The notes under the pieces are model-generated. The model saw only the letters and a list, made by a program, of their open reading frames with translations, did no database searches and had not been told where the DNA came from. A stretch of DNA of 63,727 nucleotides, the filler included, from Collodictyon triciliatum (taxonomy: Eukaryota), in the NCBI GenBank assembly GCA_043381765.1. It is 9 parts of 9 records of this genome, joined end to end, with 100 filler letters (N's around TTAATTAATTAA, not from the genome) between each part and the next. Parts side by side here need not be neighbours in the genome. Positions count along the whole stretch, not along the records: positions 45,291 to 52,958 come from JBHJMP010003794.1; positions 53,059 to 60,726 come from JBHJMP010003795.1; positions 60,827 to 63,727 come from JBHJMP010003835.1; 6 more parts are not named here. One strand, written 5' to 3'. The translations under genes were made by a program, and so were the position numbers. Shown one piece after another: positions 50,701 to 61,556 of the stretch (its first letter is position 1; every line of letters starts with the position of its first letter).

Positions 50701-52958
50701 GAATGTAAAAAATGTCAAGCTGGGACATTTGTCAATACAAAAGGGCAGGTAGTATGTAACAACTGCACAGCTGGATTTTACAGCAACTCAGGAGATACAA
50801 CGTGCACTGCATGTCCAGCTGGAACTTATAATCCGAATTCTCGAGGTGCAGGAAGCTTGTCTTGTCTTCCATGCGAACCAGGTACGTACAACAGTGTCGA
50901 TGGTAAATCCAGCTGCTTTGGGTGTCCTGCCGGATTTCATGTGAACGAAAAAGGGAAAGAATTCTGCAATCCATGCCCCACGGGCACTTACTCAAACAAA
51001 ACGAGGTCTACAACATGTGAAAAATGTCCAGCCGGGACTTTCAATGCAAATGTCGTATCAACAAGCATAAGCAGCTGTCAACCGTGCCCAAAAGGGCGAT
51101 TTTCATCAAAAACAGGGGAATCAACATGTGAGGTATGCCAACCTGGCTTCTACAATCCGTTTTACGGTCAAAAGTCATGTGTGGAGTGTCCTTTGGGAAC
51201 TTACAATCCCGAGTACGAAAAAACCAGCAATAATTCATGTATTACTTGCCCTTCAGGGACATATGGAAATTCCAAAAAGAACACATGCACACCATGCCCA
51301 GCGGGTACATTCAACGATAAAACTGGGGCATTGAATCAATCATCATGCATTCCGTGTCTGAATGGCACCTACAGCTCAGAGAGAAGCTCATCATGCACTT
51401 TGTGCTCATCCGGATACTATCAAAAAGAAGGAATCACAAAAGACTCAAGTTCATGCTCTCCTTGTCCAAAAGGCTCATTCAATTCAAACTCCGGCTCATA
51501 TGGCAACTCATCATGTATTGATTGTCCACAAGGCACTTGGAATGATAGAAATGGTCAAGCATCATGCACATCATGTCCAGCTGGTACATTCAACGATAAA
51601 ACTGGCACATTTAATCAATCATCATGTGTTTCATGTCCAAACGGTAGTTACAGCTTAACTGGAAGTACATCATGCATCTCATGTTCACCAGGACTCTATC
51701 AAAAAGAAAGCATCACAAAAGACTCAAGTTCATGCTATGCTTGTCCAAAAGGCACATTCAACTCAAACTCTGGCTCATATGGAAACAAGTCATGCATTGA
51801 ATGTCCACAAGGCACTTGGAATGATAGAGATAGGCAAGCATCATGCACATCATGTCCAGCTGGTACATTCAACAACAAAACTGGCTCGTTCAATCAATCA
51901 TCATGTATTTTATGTCCAAACGGAAGCTACAGCTCAGAAAGAAGCTCGTCATGCAGTCTGTGCTTATCAGGATTCTATCAAAAAGAAGAAATCACAAAAG
52001 ACTCACAGTCATGTCATGCTTGTCCAAAAGGCTCATTCAACTCAAACTCTGGCTCATATGGAAACCAATCATGCATTGAATGTCCACAAGGTACTTGGAA
52101 CGATAGAGATGGCCAAGCATCATGCACATCGTGTCCAGCTGGAACATTTAATAATAAAACTGGCTCATTCAATCAATCATCATGTGTTTCATGTCCGAAT
52201 GGAAGCTACAGCTTATCTGGGAGTGCATCATGCAGTCTATGTTTATCAGGATTCTATCAAAAAGAAGACATAACAAAAGACTCAAGCTCATGCTATGCTT
52301 GTCCAAAAGGCACATTCAACTCATACTCCGGCTCATATGGCAATACATCATGTATTGAATGTCCACAAGGTACTTGGAATGATAGAGATGGTCAGGTATC
52401 ATGCACATCATGTCCAGCTGGTACATACAACAACAAAACTGGCTCATTCAATCAATCGCAATGCATTTCATGTCCGAATGGAAGCTACAGCTCAGAAAGA
52501 AGCTCATCATGTATCTCATGTTTATCAGGATTCTATCAAAAAGAAGGAATCACAAAAGACTCAAAATCATGCTATGCTTGTCCAAAAGGCTCATTCAACT
52601 CAATTTCCGGCTCATATGGAAACTCATCATGTATTGAATGTCTACAAGGTACTTGGAATGATAGAGATGGTCAGGCATCATGCACATCATGTCCAGCTGG
52701 TACATTCAACAATAAAACTGGCTCATATGATCAACCATCATGTGTTTCGTGTCCGAATGGAAGCTACAGCTTATCTGGGAGTGCATCATGCAGTCTATGT
52801 TTATCCGGGTACTACCAAAAAGAAGGAATCACAAAAGACTCAGAATCATGCCACGCTTGTCCAAAAGGCACATTCAACTCAAACTCCGGCTCATATGGAA
52901 ACTCATCATGCATTGAATGTCCACAAGGCACTTGGAATGATAGAGATGGTCAAGCGTC
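47707..52958 (+). CDS. Giant intronless protein: hydrophobic N-terminus, 21 WD40 repeats, Cys-rich (CxxCPxGT(Y/F)) repeats; 3' end truncated
   Basis: Open frame of more than 5.2 kb. GH...SGSxDxTIKIW repeats span about 47896-50500, and TNFR/GCC2-GCC3-like Cys repeats start at about 50503. Start is either 47707 or 47773. Confidence 0.92.
51290..52958 (+). repeat. Coding tandem repeat, 279-bp (93-aa) unit, about 6 copies
   Basis: The GTWNDR codons recur at 279-nt intervals (GATAGA at 51544, 51823, 52102, 52381, 52660, 52939). Confidence 0.9.
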
Positions 52959-53281
52959 NNNNNNNNNNNNNNNNNNNNNNNNNNNNNNNNNNNNNNNNNN
53001 NNTTAATTAATTAANNNNNNNNNNNNNNNNNNNNNNNNNNNNNNNNNNNNNNNNNNNNTTTTCTTTCTTTTTTTTTTCTCTCTTTTTTTTTTCTCTCTCT
53101 TTTTTTTTTCTCTCTTTTTTTTCTCTCTCTTTTTTTTCTCTCTCTTTTTTTTCTCTCTCTTTTTTTTCTCTCTCTTTTTTTTCTCTCTCTTTTTTTTTCT
53201 CTCTCTTTTTTTTCTCTCTCTTTTTTTTTCTCTCTCTTTTTTTTTCTCTCTCTTTTTTTTTCTCTCTCTTTTTTTTTCTCT

Positions 53282-53327
<46 letters not shown>

Positions 53328-55166
53328 TTTTGTTTTTTTTTTTGTTTTTGATTGGATGATAGCGGGGGAGCACTTGTTTTTCGATGCGGTCACGATCGAA
53401 TGTTTTTTTGGATTTGATCGTTGTGAATGGTTCGTAATTTTGAGCGTTTGAATGTTAATCTATATGCGGAATTTATTATAATTTAAAATAATTTCATCCG
53501 TTCGCCACACAACACCCGCGTTGGTTTGCTCGAACCCAAAAACCTCTAGGTCATGCTGTAGACAAAAACAAGATCAGAAATGAGAGGCTTGCCGTTGCCT
53601 GTCTACTCGCCCCGTCATTAGATGGTCGAGCGGGGCTAGGTCATAGCGTTTTTATCATCTCTATTTTTTTTGATTTTGATTTTGATTTTGATTTTGATTT
53701 TGATTTTGATTTTGGTTTTGGTGTGAGAATATATGATTACCGAAGAAAAAACCTTTTGAATATCAAAGAGTTTCATCTTCATTTCCACGTACCTAGACGT
53801 CGTAAAAAAAAAAATGCACATAAGGAGTTGATTCTCTGCTGATAACTTTAATTTCCGATTCGTCGAATACAACGATAACCGCAAGAAAGCGTTGAATCCA
53901 ACATATTCGATTGAAATAAATCTTGAAACATCCAGTAATACACGCCTCATATCATCCATACCACAAACCATCTGATATTTAGGCAATCATACATGCAGTC
54001 TGAGTCGATGCTTTTCTTCCAAATAGGAAGTTGTTGTAAATATACTACTATATCAGCACTTATGCTCAACCGGTAACCAAAATCAACAAAAAAAAAACCC
54101 CATCGCACGACTAGTAGCGTTGGGTTGTCAAAGAAAAAATAGCAGCCTCCAAACATGCAAGCAATGCATATTATCCGGTGTAAAAAAGTAAATATTACAT
54201 TCCATTTGTACGCAGGACGACAATCTTTGGCATTCTCCTTAACTATGCGGCAGAATGCACTCATACGTCGGGTTTGATTCATGGCTGATGTATGTAAAAA
54301 TGTATCCGGCAGCGATGATGTAAGGCTTCTGAGAGCGATAACTCGCATATCGACTCCATCTTTCAGTTGTATGGGGAGAGAGGAAGTATTCGGCTCATAA
54401 AAAAAATACTCTTGGTATAGTCTAATGGGAAACCCAACCAAACAATAAAAGAATATTACAAAGTCCTCAACAAACTCAAATACCAGAACTGAGAATTAAA
54501 GTGCCCAGAATAACTGCCTAGTGGAGTGAACAAGATGAATTTGAGGTCATGTCTTTGGATAGTACTCTCAGATGTACGACATGTTTTCATAAAAACAACC
54601 GGGTGGGTGTAACAAAAGAAGAAAACTAAGGAGCCATGTATTCGCATCCCTTGTGATGGAAGGAATTAATACAAGCAATTTTTATGTGAAAATAATATAT
54701 CACGTCAGATACACACGTTGTAATTATTTTGCACATAATGTAATGACATGAAAAGACCTTGACTGTAGGATACAGAAATCATAAGATGCAGAGAACTTAT
54801 GGAGTGGAGTTAGTGATAGTAGAACCTGGCGGCATTTTTTTTTTAAATTTTGAAGCACAGCAGACATATTAAGCATATCAAGAGGTGATTACAAAACACT
54901 CGTTTTCCTAGAATCGAAGTAGTCACTTTATTTAATATATAATTGGAGCAATAAACTATGTGTAAGAGACTCTTTTATATTGTATAGTAGAATCTCCATA
55001 TACGCTTTTTAAAATTCCAGAAATAAACTGTTTGTAGTTACCATTATTACACACGCGATTGAGTCGACATGACAGCTCGACAAAATGATATACTTTTTCT
55101 TGGATTCTTTTATGAATTTTTATGGGAAAAAAAATGTGTTTCAATAAATGAGAGGAAATATATGTT

Positions 55167-56948
55167 ATGATAACCACTTCTTGGTTTCCTTCCTCGTTCC
55201 TTTTGAAACCCTCTGTTTGGCCTCTTCAAAAAATTTTAAGCTGGATTCTTACATACCTCATAATAAAAAGATTACATAATCTTAGGACTCATAAACAACT
55301 AATAGCGAAAGAAGAAAGATCGATGGAAGTTGATATCAACATTGAAGAAATCGAGGAGCTGGGTGACTCTTCTGTCTCCTCTATGCTCCCTAATCAAATA
55401 GAAGTTATTGCTGAATCCAATATAAGTGATCAGAGGGCTCAAACTAGACATAATTCATCTATCAAGGAAGGAGCAACAGAAGAAGTTGTTATGTCAGAGA
55501 CGAACGATTTATATGACATCAAAATCCACAGTTCAGTGGAGGAACAAGGTGAAAAGCATCACCATCTTCCTTTACCCTCATCCGTCAATCTATATTCCCA
55601 AGCCTGGCATAAGTCAACTAGACAAGCCTTCTCAATCTGGTCTCGAACAATATCCGTGAATGCCCTAGTTATTCTATTGAATGTGGTTTTTTTGTGGGCA
55701 TACTGCTTACCAACAATCGTGCTGACTCCGGAGCTACTCGGCTCAGTCGAAGAATTGTTATACGAAAAAGTGCTTATTCTGGTATGGTTATCAGCTTTCT
55801 GGTTATCTGTTGCTATGGCTTCTATTCAGCTATTTAGCTTCCATTTTTGCACAAAGGCTATGATCTATTCTCTTTTTCCAGGCTATATTATCGGTATTAT
55901 TGCCAATATTATGCCCCCAACCAAGGATATACTTCTTCGAAATATTGGGAGCTTTTCGGCATTCTTTTTTTTAGCCTTATGCTTTTTCATAATTCATCGT
56001 TCAAAAAGACTCGAAAACATGTCCAGAGAGCAAGAGAGATACTACAAAATGACTAAAGATGGAACAGTTTTGGCATTATTCAAAGGATTAGTAGCATTCT
56101 ATGTATTAATTGTCTTCGTATTTAAGAATATTCTGAGTACTTATTTGGAGTCTCCGTTCTACGTGCAAATTGTACTAAGATTTATTGTTTTCCCCATAAC
56201 ATTTAACCTCTCCAAATGGATGCAAACGAAGGTGATTTTTAATTTGTCAGACGATTCCATGAATGAAAGGTTAGTTATGAACAAAATATGTAATCATTTT
56301 ATTCAGTTGATTGGCAGGGTTTTGGTATCAAATTTGTCCGCAGGCAGTGCTCTTTCTTATGAATTTATCTTTGTCAATGTGGTAGCTGCTTTAGTGGAAA
56401 TAATATCCAATGTAACTTTTAAGCACCAAGTAAAACTGGGCTTTAAATTCCAATTTTTTATGAGAATCACATGGTACAAAATTGTGAACATGGTAAACTC
56501 AATAAGGATGTTTTTATTTTCATCATTTTCATACTTTGAGACTCAGACCCCTATCAGAAAAGATTATGATGAAAGCAATATCTCTAACGATGAGGAAAAA
56601 TACATACAAGATGCTATTTCATTTCGAGCCAAATATATGTACGACGATATAGTATCTGAGATTAACTCTATCGTTCTTGCCCCTTTACTCATGTATTTCA
56701 TCAGCCACCTGGAAAGAGGTTCAAATTTTCAGGCTATTAAATCTTTTAAACAGTGTTTTTATCAAATATTAGTCCAGTTCGTTTTTGAGTTCACATCTGA
56801 TATGGTTTCATTGACATTCGAAATACATAAGGGATACACAAACATAGATATTTTTAAAAGATGGAAACCTGTTAGCCCTATTTTACTTTTCATTTGGTCA
56901 ACCTTCTGTGTTTTGAATATTGTTTGGTTGATTATTCTCCATTCATAA
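55167..56948 (+). CDS. Intronless 593-aa multipass membrane protein of unknown family
   Basis: Long ORF with an acidic N-terminal region and roughly 10 hydrophobic segments. The true start may be the ATG at 55322. Confidence 0.75.
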   Translation: MITTSWFPSSFLLKPSVWPLQKILSWILTYLIIKRLHNLRTHKQLIAKEERSMEVDINIEEIEELGDSSVSSMLPNQIEVIAESNISDQRAQTRHNSSIKEGATEEVVMSETNDLYDIKIHSSVEEQGEKHHHLPLPSSVNLYSQAWHKSTRQAFSIWSRTISVNALVILLNVVFLWAYCLPTIVLTPELLGSVEELLYEKVLILVWLSAFWLSVAMASIQLFSFHFCTKAMIYSLFPGYIIGIIANIMPPTKDILLRNIGSFSAFFFLALCFFIIHRSKRLENMSREQERYYKMTKDGTVLALFKGLVAFYVLIVFVFKNILSTYLESPFYVQIVLRFIVFPITFNLSKWMQTKVIFNLSDDSMNERLVMNKICNHFIQLIGRVLVSNLSAGSALSYEFIFVNVVAALVEIISNVTFKHQVKLGFKFQFFMRITWYKIVNMVNSIRMFLFSSFSYFETQTPIRKDYDESNISNDEEKYIQDAISFRAKYMYDDIVSEINSIVLAPLLMYFISHLERGSNFQAIKSFKQCFYQILVQFVFEFTSDMVSLTFEIHKGYTNIDIFKRWKPVSPILLFIWSTFCVLNIVWLIILHS

Positions 56949-57045
56949 CCAATTCCTTCGATGAGGGTTATTGCCTCTCGCCACAAAGGAGCTATCAAAC
57001 TCAATATTATGTAAATATATCATCAACGGATCGGAGACATCTTAA

Positions 57046-58362
57046 GGCTCGGTTGGTTCTTCCAGTTCTAACCCCGATGCAGAGAAATCCCAAATTGTAC
57101 GTAAGTCCAAGAAGACCCGTGCAAGGAAGCCGTCTGCAAGTCTGTCTGAGCGGAAAGTATTTTTGCACGGGGTCGAGCAAGTCGTTTACAACAAGAACAA
57201 GGCCCGCAGGCTCACAGATGCGCTCGCCTCCTTCTTGAAAGCGAACAAACTTTGGGAAGAGTCCATCCAATTGCGCTTACCGGACAGCGAAGGCCTTTGC
57301 CTGATCGCCTTCCGCACTGCAGAAAACGCCCGAAAGCTTCTGGAGCTGAAGCAGGTAAGTTTGATCGATATTACGATCAGCTTCAGCAGAAGTAAACCAA
57401 CAGAGACCTCGGTGATGATCTACCAACTACCGCTGGACGTGTGGCCGCAACTCCTTCGTGAGGAGCTGAAGCCGTTCAGACCGACCCACGTGGAGATCAA
57501 AAAGGACAAAGGCTTCTTCACAGACACGGCCGTGGTGAAGCTTCTTTGTCACAAGAACCAGCTCCCTGCAAAGTTTACGGTCATGGGCAAAAAGTGTCCA
57601 AAGCGCATCCTCAAAGAGCGTCCGCCAGCCGCGAACAACGAACGACAAGTAAAAGCCCCGCAAAAGAATACACCTGCCAAGCAGACAAGCAGCAACGGGG
57701 TCAAGGAAGCCAAGGCCAGGCAACAACTGAGCCCGCAAGACTCACAGCAGATACGCGCATACAGCGACAGCGACGATGACATGGAAGGAAATCTCGGTTC
57801 CTCTTCAGAATCCTCGCACTCGAGCCCTCCACCGCCAACACCGGACAAGCCCGTACATCGCAAGACCCAAGAGCAGCGCATCTCCAAACCCCGAAAGAAA
57901 TCCCCCCTTAAACTACCCATTCAGACTGACGTGAATATGGTTAACATAGGAGGCCTCAAGGCAGTCTTCGTTACTTATCCGAAAGGATACTCCAAATCGA
58001 AGGCAACACAAGAACCAGCGCCCACCAAAGATAGTCCGTTTACCCTGCCCCAGCCCGTCGCACCGAGAACCAAGGAGCAAGAGCAAACAGCACAAGTCGA
58101 ATCCAAGCTTGGAACTTCACACACTAAAGACAGTCCGAGCAAGCAGGAGCGTATGTTTCTAAAACCACAAACGCGTATCCATACTCCGGTTAAGCAAAGT
58201 CCACTGCCGGCTACGCATGGTCCCGATGCCAGGGGACGGTCAAGCGCCACTTCCGATAATTCCAGACAAACAACGATGTATCGCTTTTTGTCAGAGTCGC
58301 CCAGCAAGAAACGCAAGGAAAGTGACCCGTTGTCCGCTCAAAAGACTCAATCTGTGGAATGA
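57046..58362 (+). mobile_element. Copy B of the ORF1/gag-like element; open frame but no 5' ATG
   Basis: Frame open from 57046 to TGA at 58360-58362. RRM-like segments (GLCLIAF; VMIYQLPLDV..LREELKPF..TAVVKL) are followed by a disordered S/P/K tail. Duplicated at about 8165-8983. Confidence 0.65.
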
Positions 58363-58850
58363 AATAGGATGTTAACCTTCTCTGAGATAAATGGTTGAAA
58401 AGACTCGTCGGAATCGATTTGAGAAGTAACTGACATGCGTGTACTTTCATCGACCCGACAACTTTATCCGCCCTTCTGTCAGTCTCGAATACAACCAGAA
58501 ATCGCGTTGGAGCTGAACTACCTCGGGTAGAATAGTCTGCGTGTGAGAACACTTTCTCTCTTTTCTACGTTATTTTTCTTTTTCATTTTCTTTTTTTCTT
58601 TCTCTTCCTTCCACCCAAAACACAAAAACTCCAACCACACAATCCTCGGTTTTCCACTGTTTCGTCTGCAGCTCATTTCTGTCCTAGAGCCAAAGGCTGT
58701 TTCTCCCCTGGAGATCTGTAATATACGGTTCGCCTGCTCCTCTAGGCCCATCAATATGTCTGGAAATGGAATGGTTTTTTATTTTATTTTTTTTTAGTGT
58801 GACGGTGGTTCCAAGCGGAGAAGTCAAAGCGGACTTATCAAAGGTATCTC

Positions 58851-60726
58851 TTAAAGGATTTGATTGAGAGCTGCGCGCATAACCTTGTCAAACAGCTCAG
58901 AAGCCTTTTCCTTCAATTCACTGATTCTAGGTTTGTTAGAGGTGAGCTTTGTTGCAATACCATAAAGCAGAGCAAGGACAGAACTGAAGGCTTCCAGGGC
59001 GAATGGAATCATAAAGTCCACGATGAACAATCCATTCAGCGCGATAATTGCATAGGCTATCCAGTCGTTACCAGGCACTAGTTGTTGAACAAGTGCACCG
59101 AAAAAAGAAAGGTACAGCAACAGCCAGCAGTTTATGGAAAGACTGTCATCCGAGTCCAAGAGGTACGGCTCAAACCGATTTTGGAGCGTAATCGACATCT
59201 AGAAGTTAATTAAAATGGTTCAATCCTCTGTGATCATTTAAATTTATACGAAGGCATCAACCTGAATCAGGATGAAGAATACAAAATAGAGAATCGCCGG
59301 TGATGTGTAGGGAACAACAAATGCAGTAAATCCAAACAAAATCGATTGAAATACTCTGATGACCACCCACCAGTCATATTTCTGCGTATTTATTTGTTTT
59401 AGTATTCAAACTAATTCAGTAAAGTGAAATGAGTAATGTCGTTATTATTATGTTCACCTCTTCGTAGATAGCTGAGATTCGATCAACTTGAACTTGGCAA
59501 ATGATTTCAAAAGTTGATTGACCTGTCACAATATTCTCATTTTCTCCAGTTTGTCTATTCGTACTGCCCTGTCTTTTGCTACTCAAATTGCTCTGGGATA
59601 CTGATAGAATGCTGGAATCATTGTCAAAATTTTCTAATTCAACAACATCACTATACGCCTTATGGATACATTTACTAGGCTTAACACTCTTAATGTCAAT
59701 TTGTATGTCGCACTCTTGTACAATATGCTCTGCGTCCTATGTGATAAAATATATTAAATGTTTATCTTTGATAGATCATATTTCATGTTAAATCAAACTG
59801 ATTCAGCTCGCTCAAATACTTCAAAATGCTCTTTGCGTTGAATCCTCCGAAGTTTTCTTGCTCTTTTTACGATTAACCACAAGAAACTTGGATACAAAAT
59901 CATATACAGCAAGCCTGGTATCGCAGCAGCGATCATTTTTGCATAATTATCGGTCATAGGGTTACATTGTATCCACGGGTATGTGTTGACAAACCACAAA
60001 TCAAATCCTTTATCATGTATGGTGCAACCAAAAGTGCTGATTACATCTTGAACCACGGAAAAATAAGTCCCTTCAAGGAAAATAAACATGACTGCTACAA
60101 CCTAACAAATATCATGGTCAGTTTTGATGTCGTTATAGAGCGGTTTTTTTTTATGATTGAAATGATGTTGCATTCAAGTCAGAAAGATGTCGAATGCACA
60201 AACCTTCTCGACGTTTTTCACGTCTCTTTTTGCGATAAACTGTTTCAAAGCCAACAAAGCTATGAAAAATATGGCGGGGATTCTAGCCAAGTTCAGCAGT
60301 GATGTGATGTGGGGGCGATTTCCAACGATGCACTCAAGAGTAGGCAACTTGAGCGAAAATAAATTGCCAACAAATTTCCCAGCTAGGTTTATCTCTGGCA
60401 AAGATACTATATTGCCGAGCACTTGGAGTATTTGCGTGTAAAATAGGAAGATGTCCAACGATGCTGTCACACAAAATTTTGAATTCAAAAACGAAAGAAA
60501 TAAAAGATAGCGACTTATTATTTAGAAAATATGTGTAGTTTACTGACCTGATTCGATTTGGTTGTCGGGTCCACCTTTGATGCTCAATTTCTCCTCGATT
60601 TCATCAACACTCTCACCTAGCCAAGCAAAGCCGACCTGATATAGAACTCCAAAAAAAAGTAGAAGAAGAAACACAAAGACCCTGAGAGCAGAGTAATTAG
60701 ATGAGCATTCTCTGCATTCGCCACTG
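58851..60726 (-). CDS. C-terminal multipass (about 7 TM) region of a Cys-rich ectodomain receptor-like protein; 5' end truncated
   Basis: Exons ECRECSS+TM, DIFLFYTQIL, FGC..TYPWIQC, IYEE|KYDWWVVIR, FEPYLLDSD and two final TM segments. This layout resembles protist orphan 7TM proteins (inference). Confidence 0.7.
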
Positions 60727-61556
60727 NNNNNNNNNNNNNNNNNNNNNNNNNNNNNNNNNNNNNNNNNNNNTTAATTAATTAANNNNNNNNNNNNNNNNNN
60801 NNNNNNNNNNNNNNNNNNNNNNNNNNAGTGGACATTTTTTTGTACCACCCAAGCGTAAAAAATTTTGCTTCATTATCCACACAACTCACGTTTTTTTGTA
60901 ACGGAAAGTCCAAATTTATTGTATAGATGTGGGTTCAGATGGTAAAGAAGACAAAGGGGGTGGGATATTCCAAGCGTGTTCTTTGATCCTGCGCAGCTCA
61001 AAGCAGATCGCGACAGACGCGTTAATCGCGAAGGCATCCCCGCGATCCAGTTCGATGTGCTTTTGCCACGGAGGCAAGCGAAATCCAAATAAGGGAAAAA
61101 ATATTCCCGAGATTATTTCCTACTTGATATAAATTTACCGAAGATACATGCAAATAGTCCATAATGGGGTCCACCTTCGGCGAAAATCTCATGGCCAAAG
61201 AAATAAACGCGTTTTTTCCTGGCTTGCGTTATCCATATTCGAGGGGAAGCTTTCAATGAACTGATGCTAAAGCAGAAAATTCTTGGGAACAACAAGAATA
61301 TGTTTAAATCAAATGTGGAATTTATGCATCCAAACAGAATTCTCATTGTTGAAGCATCCAATCCAGTTCGATAAGTAAATCAAATTACATTAAGGTAACG
61401 ATACATTGGAATCGGACATGCTTAACTGCTTCTTCTTACATTGCCTGTAACCAGTCATGTCAATCACAATTGCAACAAAATCAGAGTAGATGAACATGAG
61501 GCAGACAAATGAAAATAATCCAACTCACTGTTAACCAATTCCTACTATATGAGCAT

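Noticed and set aside
53570-53620. SECIS-like ATGA...GA on the minus strand
   Set aside because: The stem is mostly G-U pairs or mismatches, the apical AA is misplaced, and no selenoprotein ORF was identified.
53947-54520. Possible minus-strand exons
   Set aside because: Splice-like boundaries exist, but I could not build a coherent or recognisable protein.
60929-61262. Possible terminal exons of a plus-strand gene
   Set aside because: Reading frame is ambiguous and no homology was recognised.
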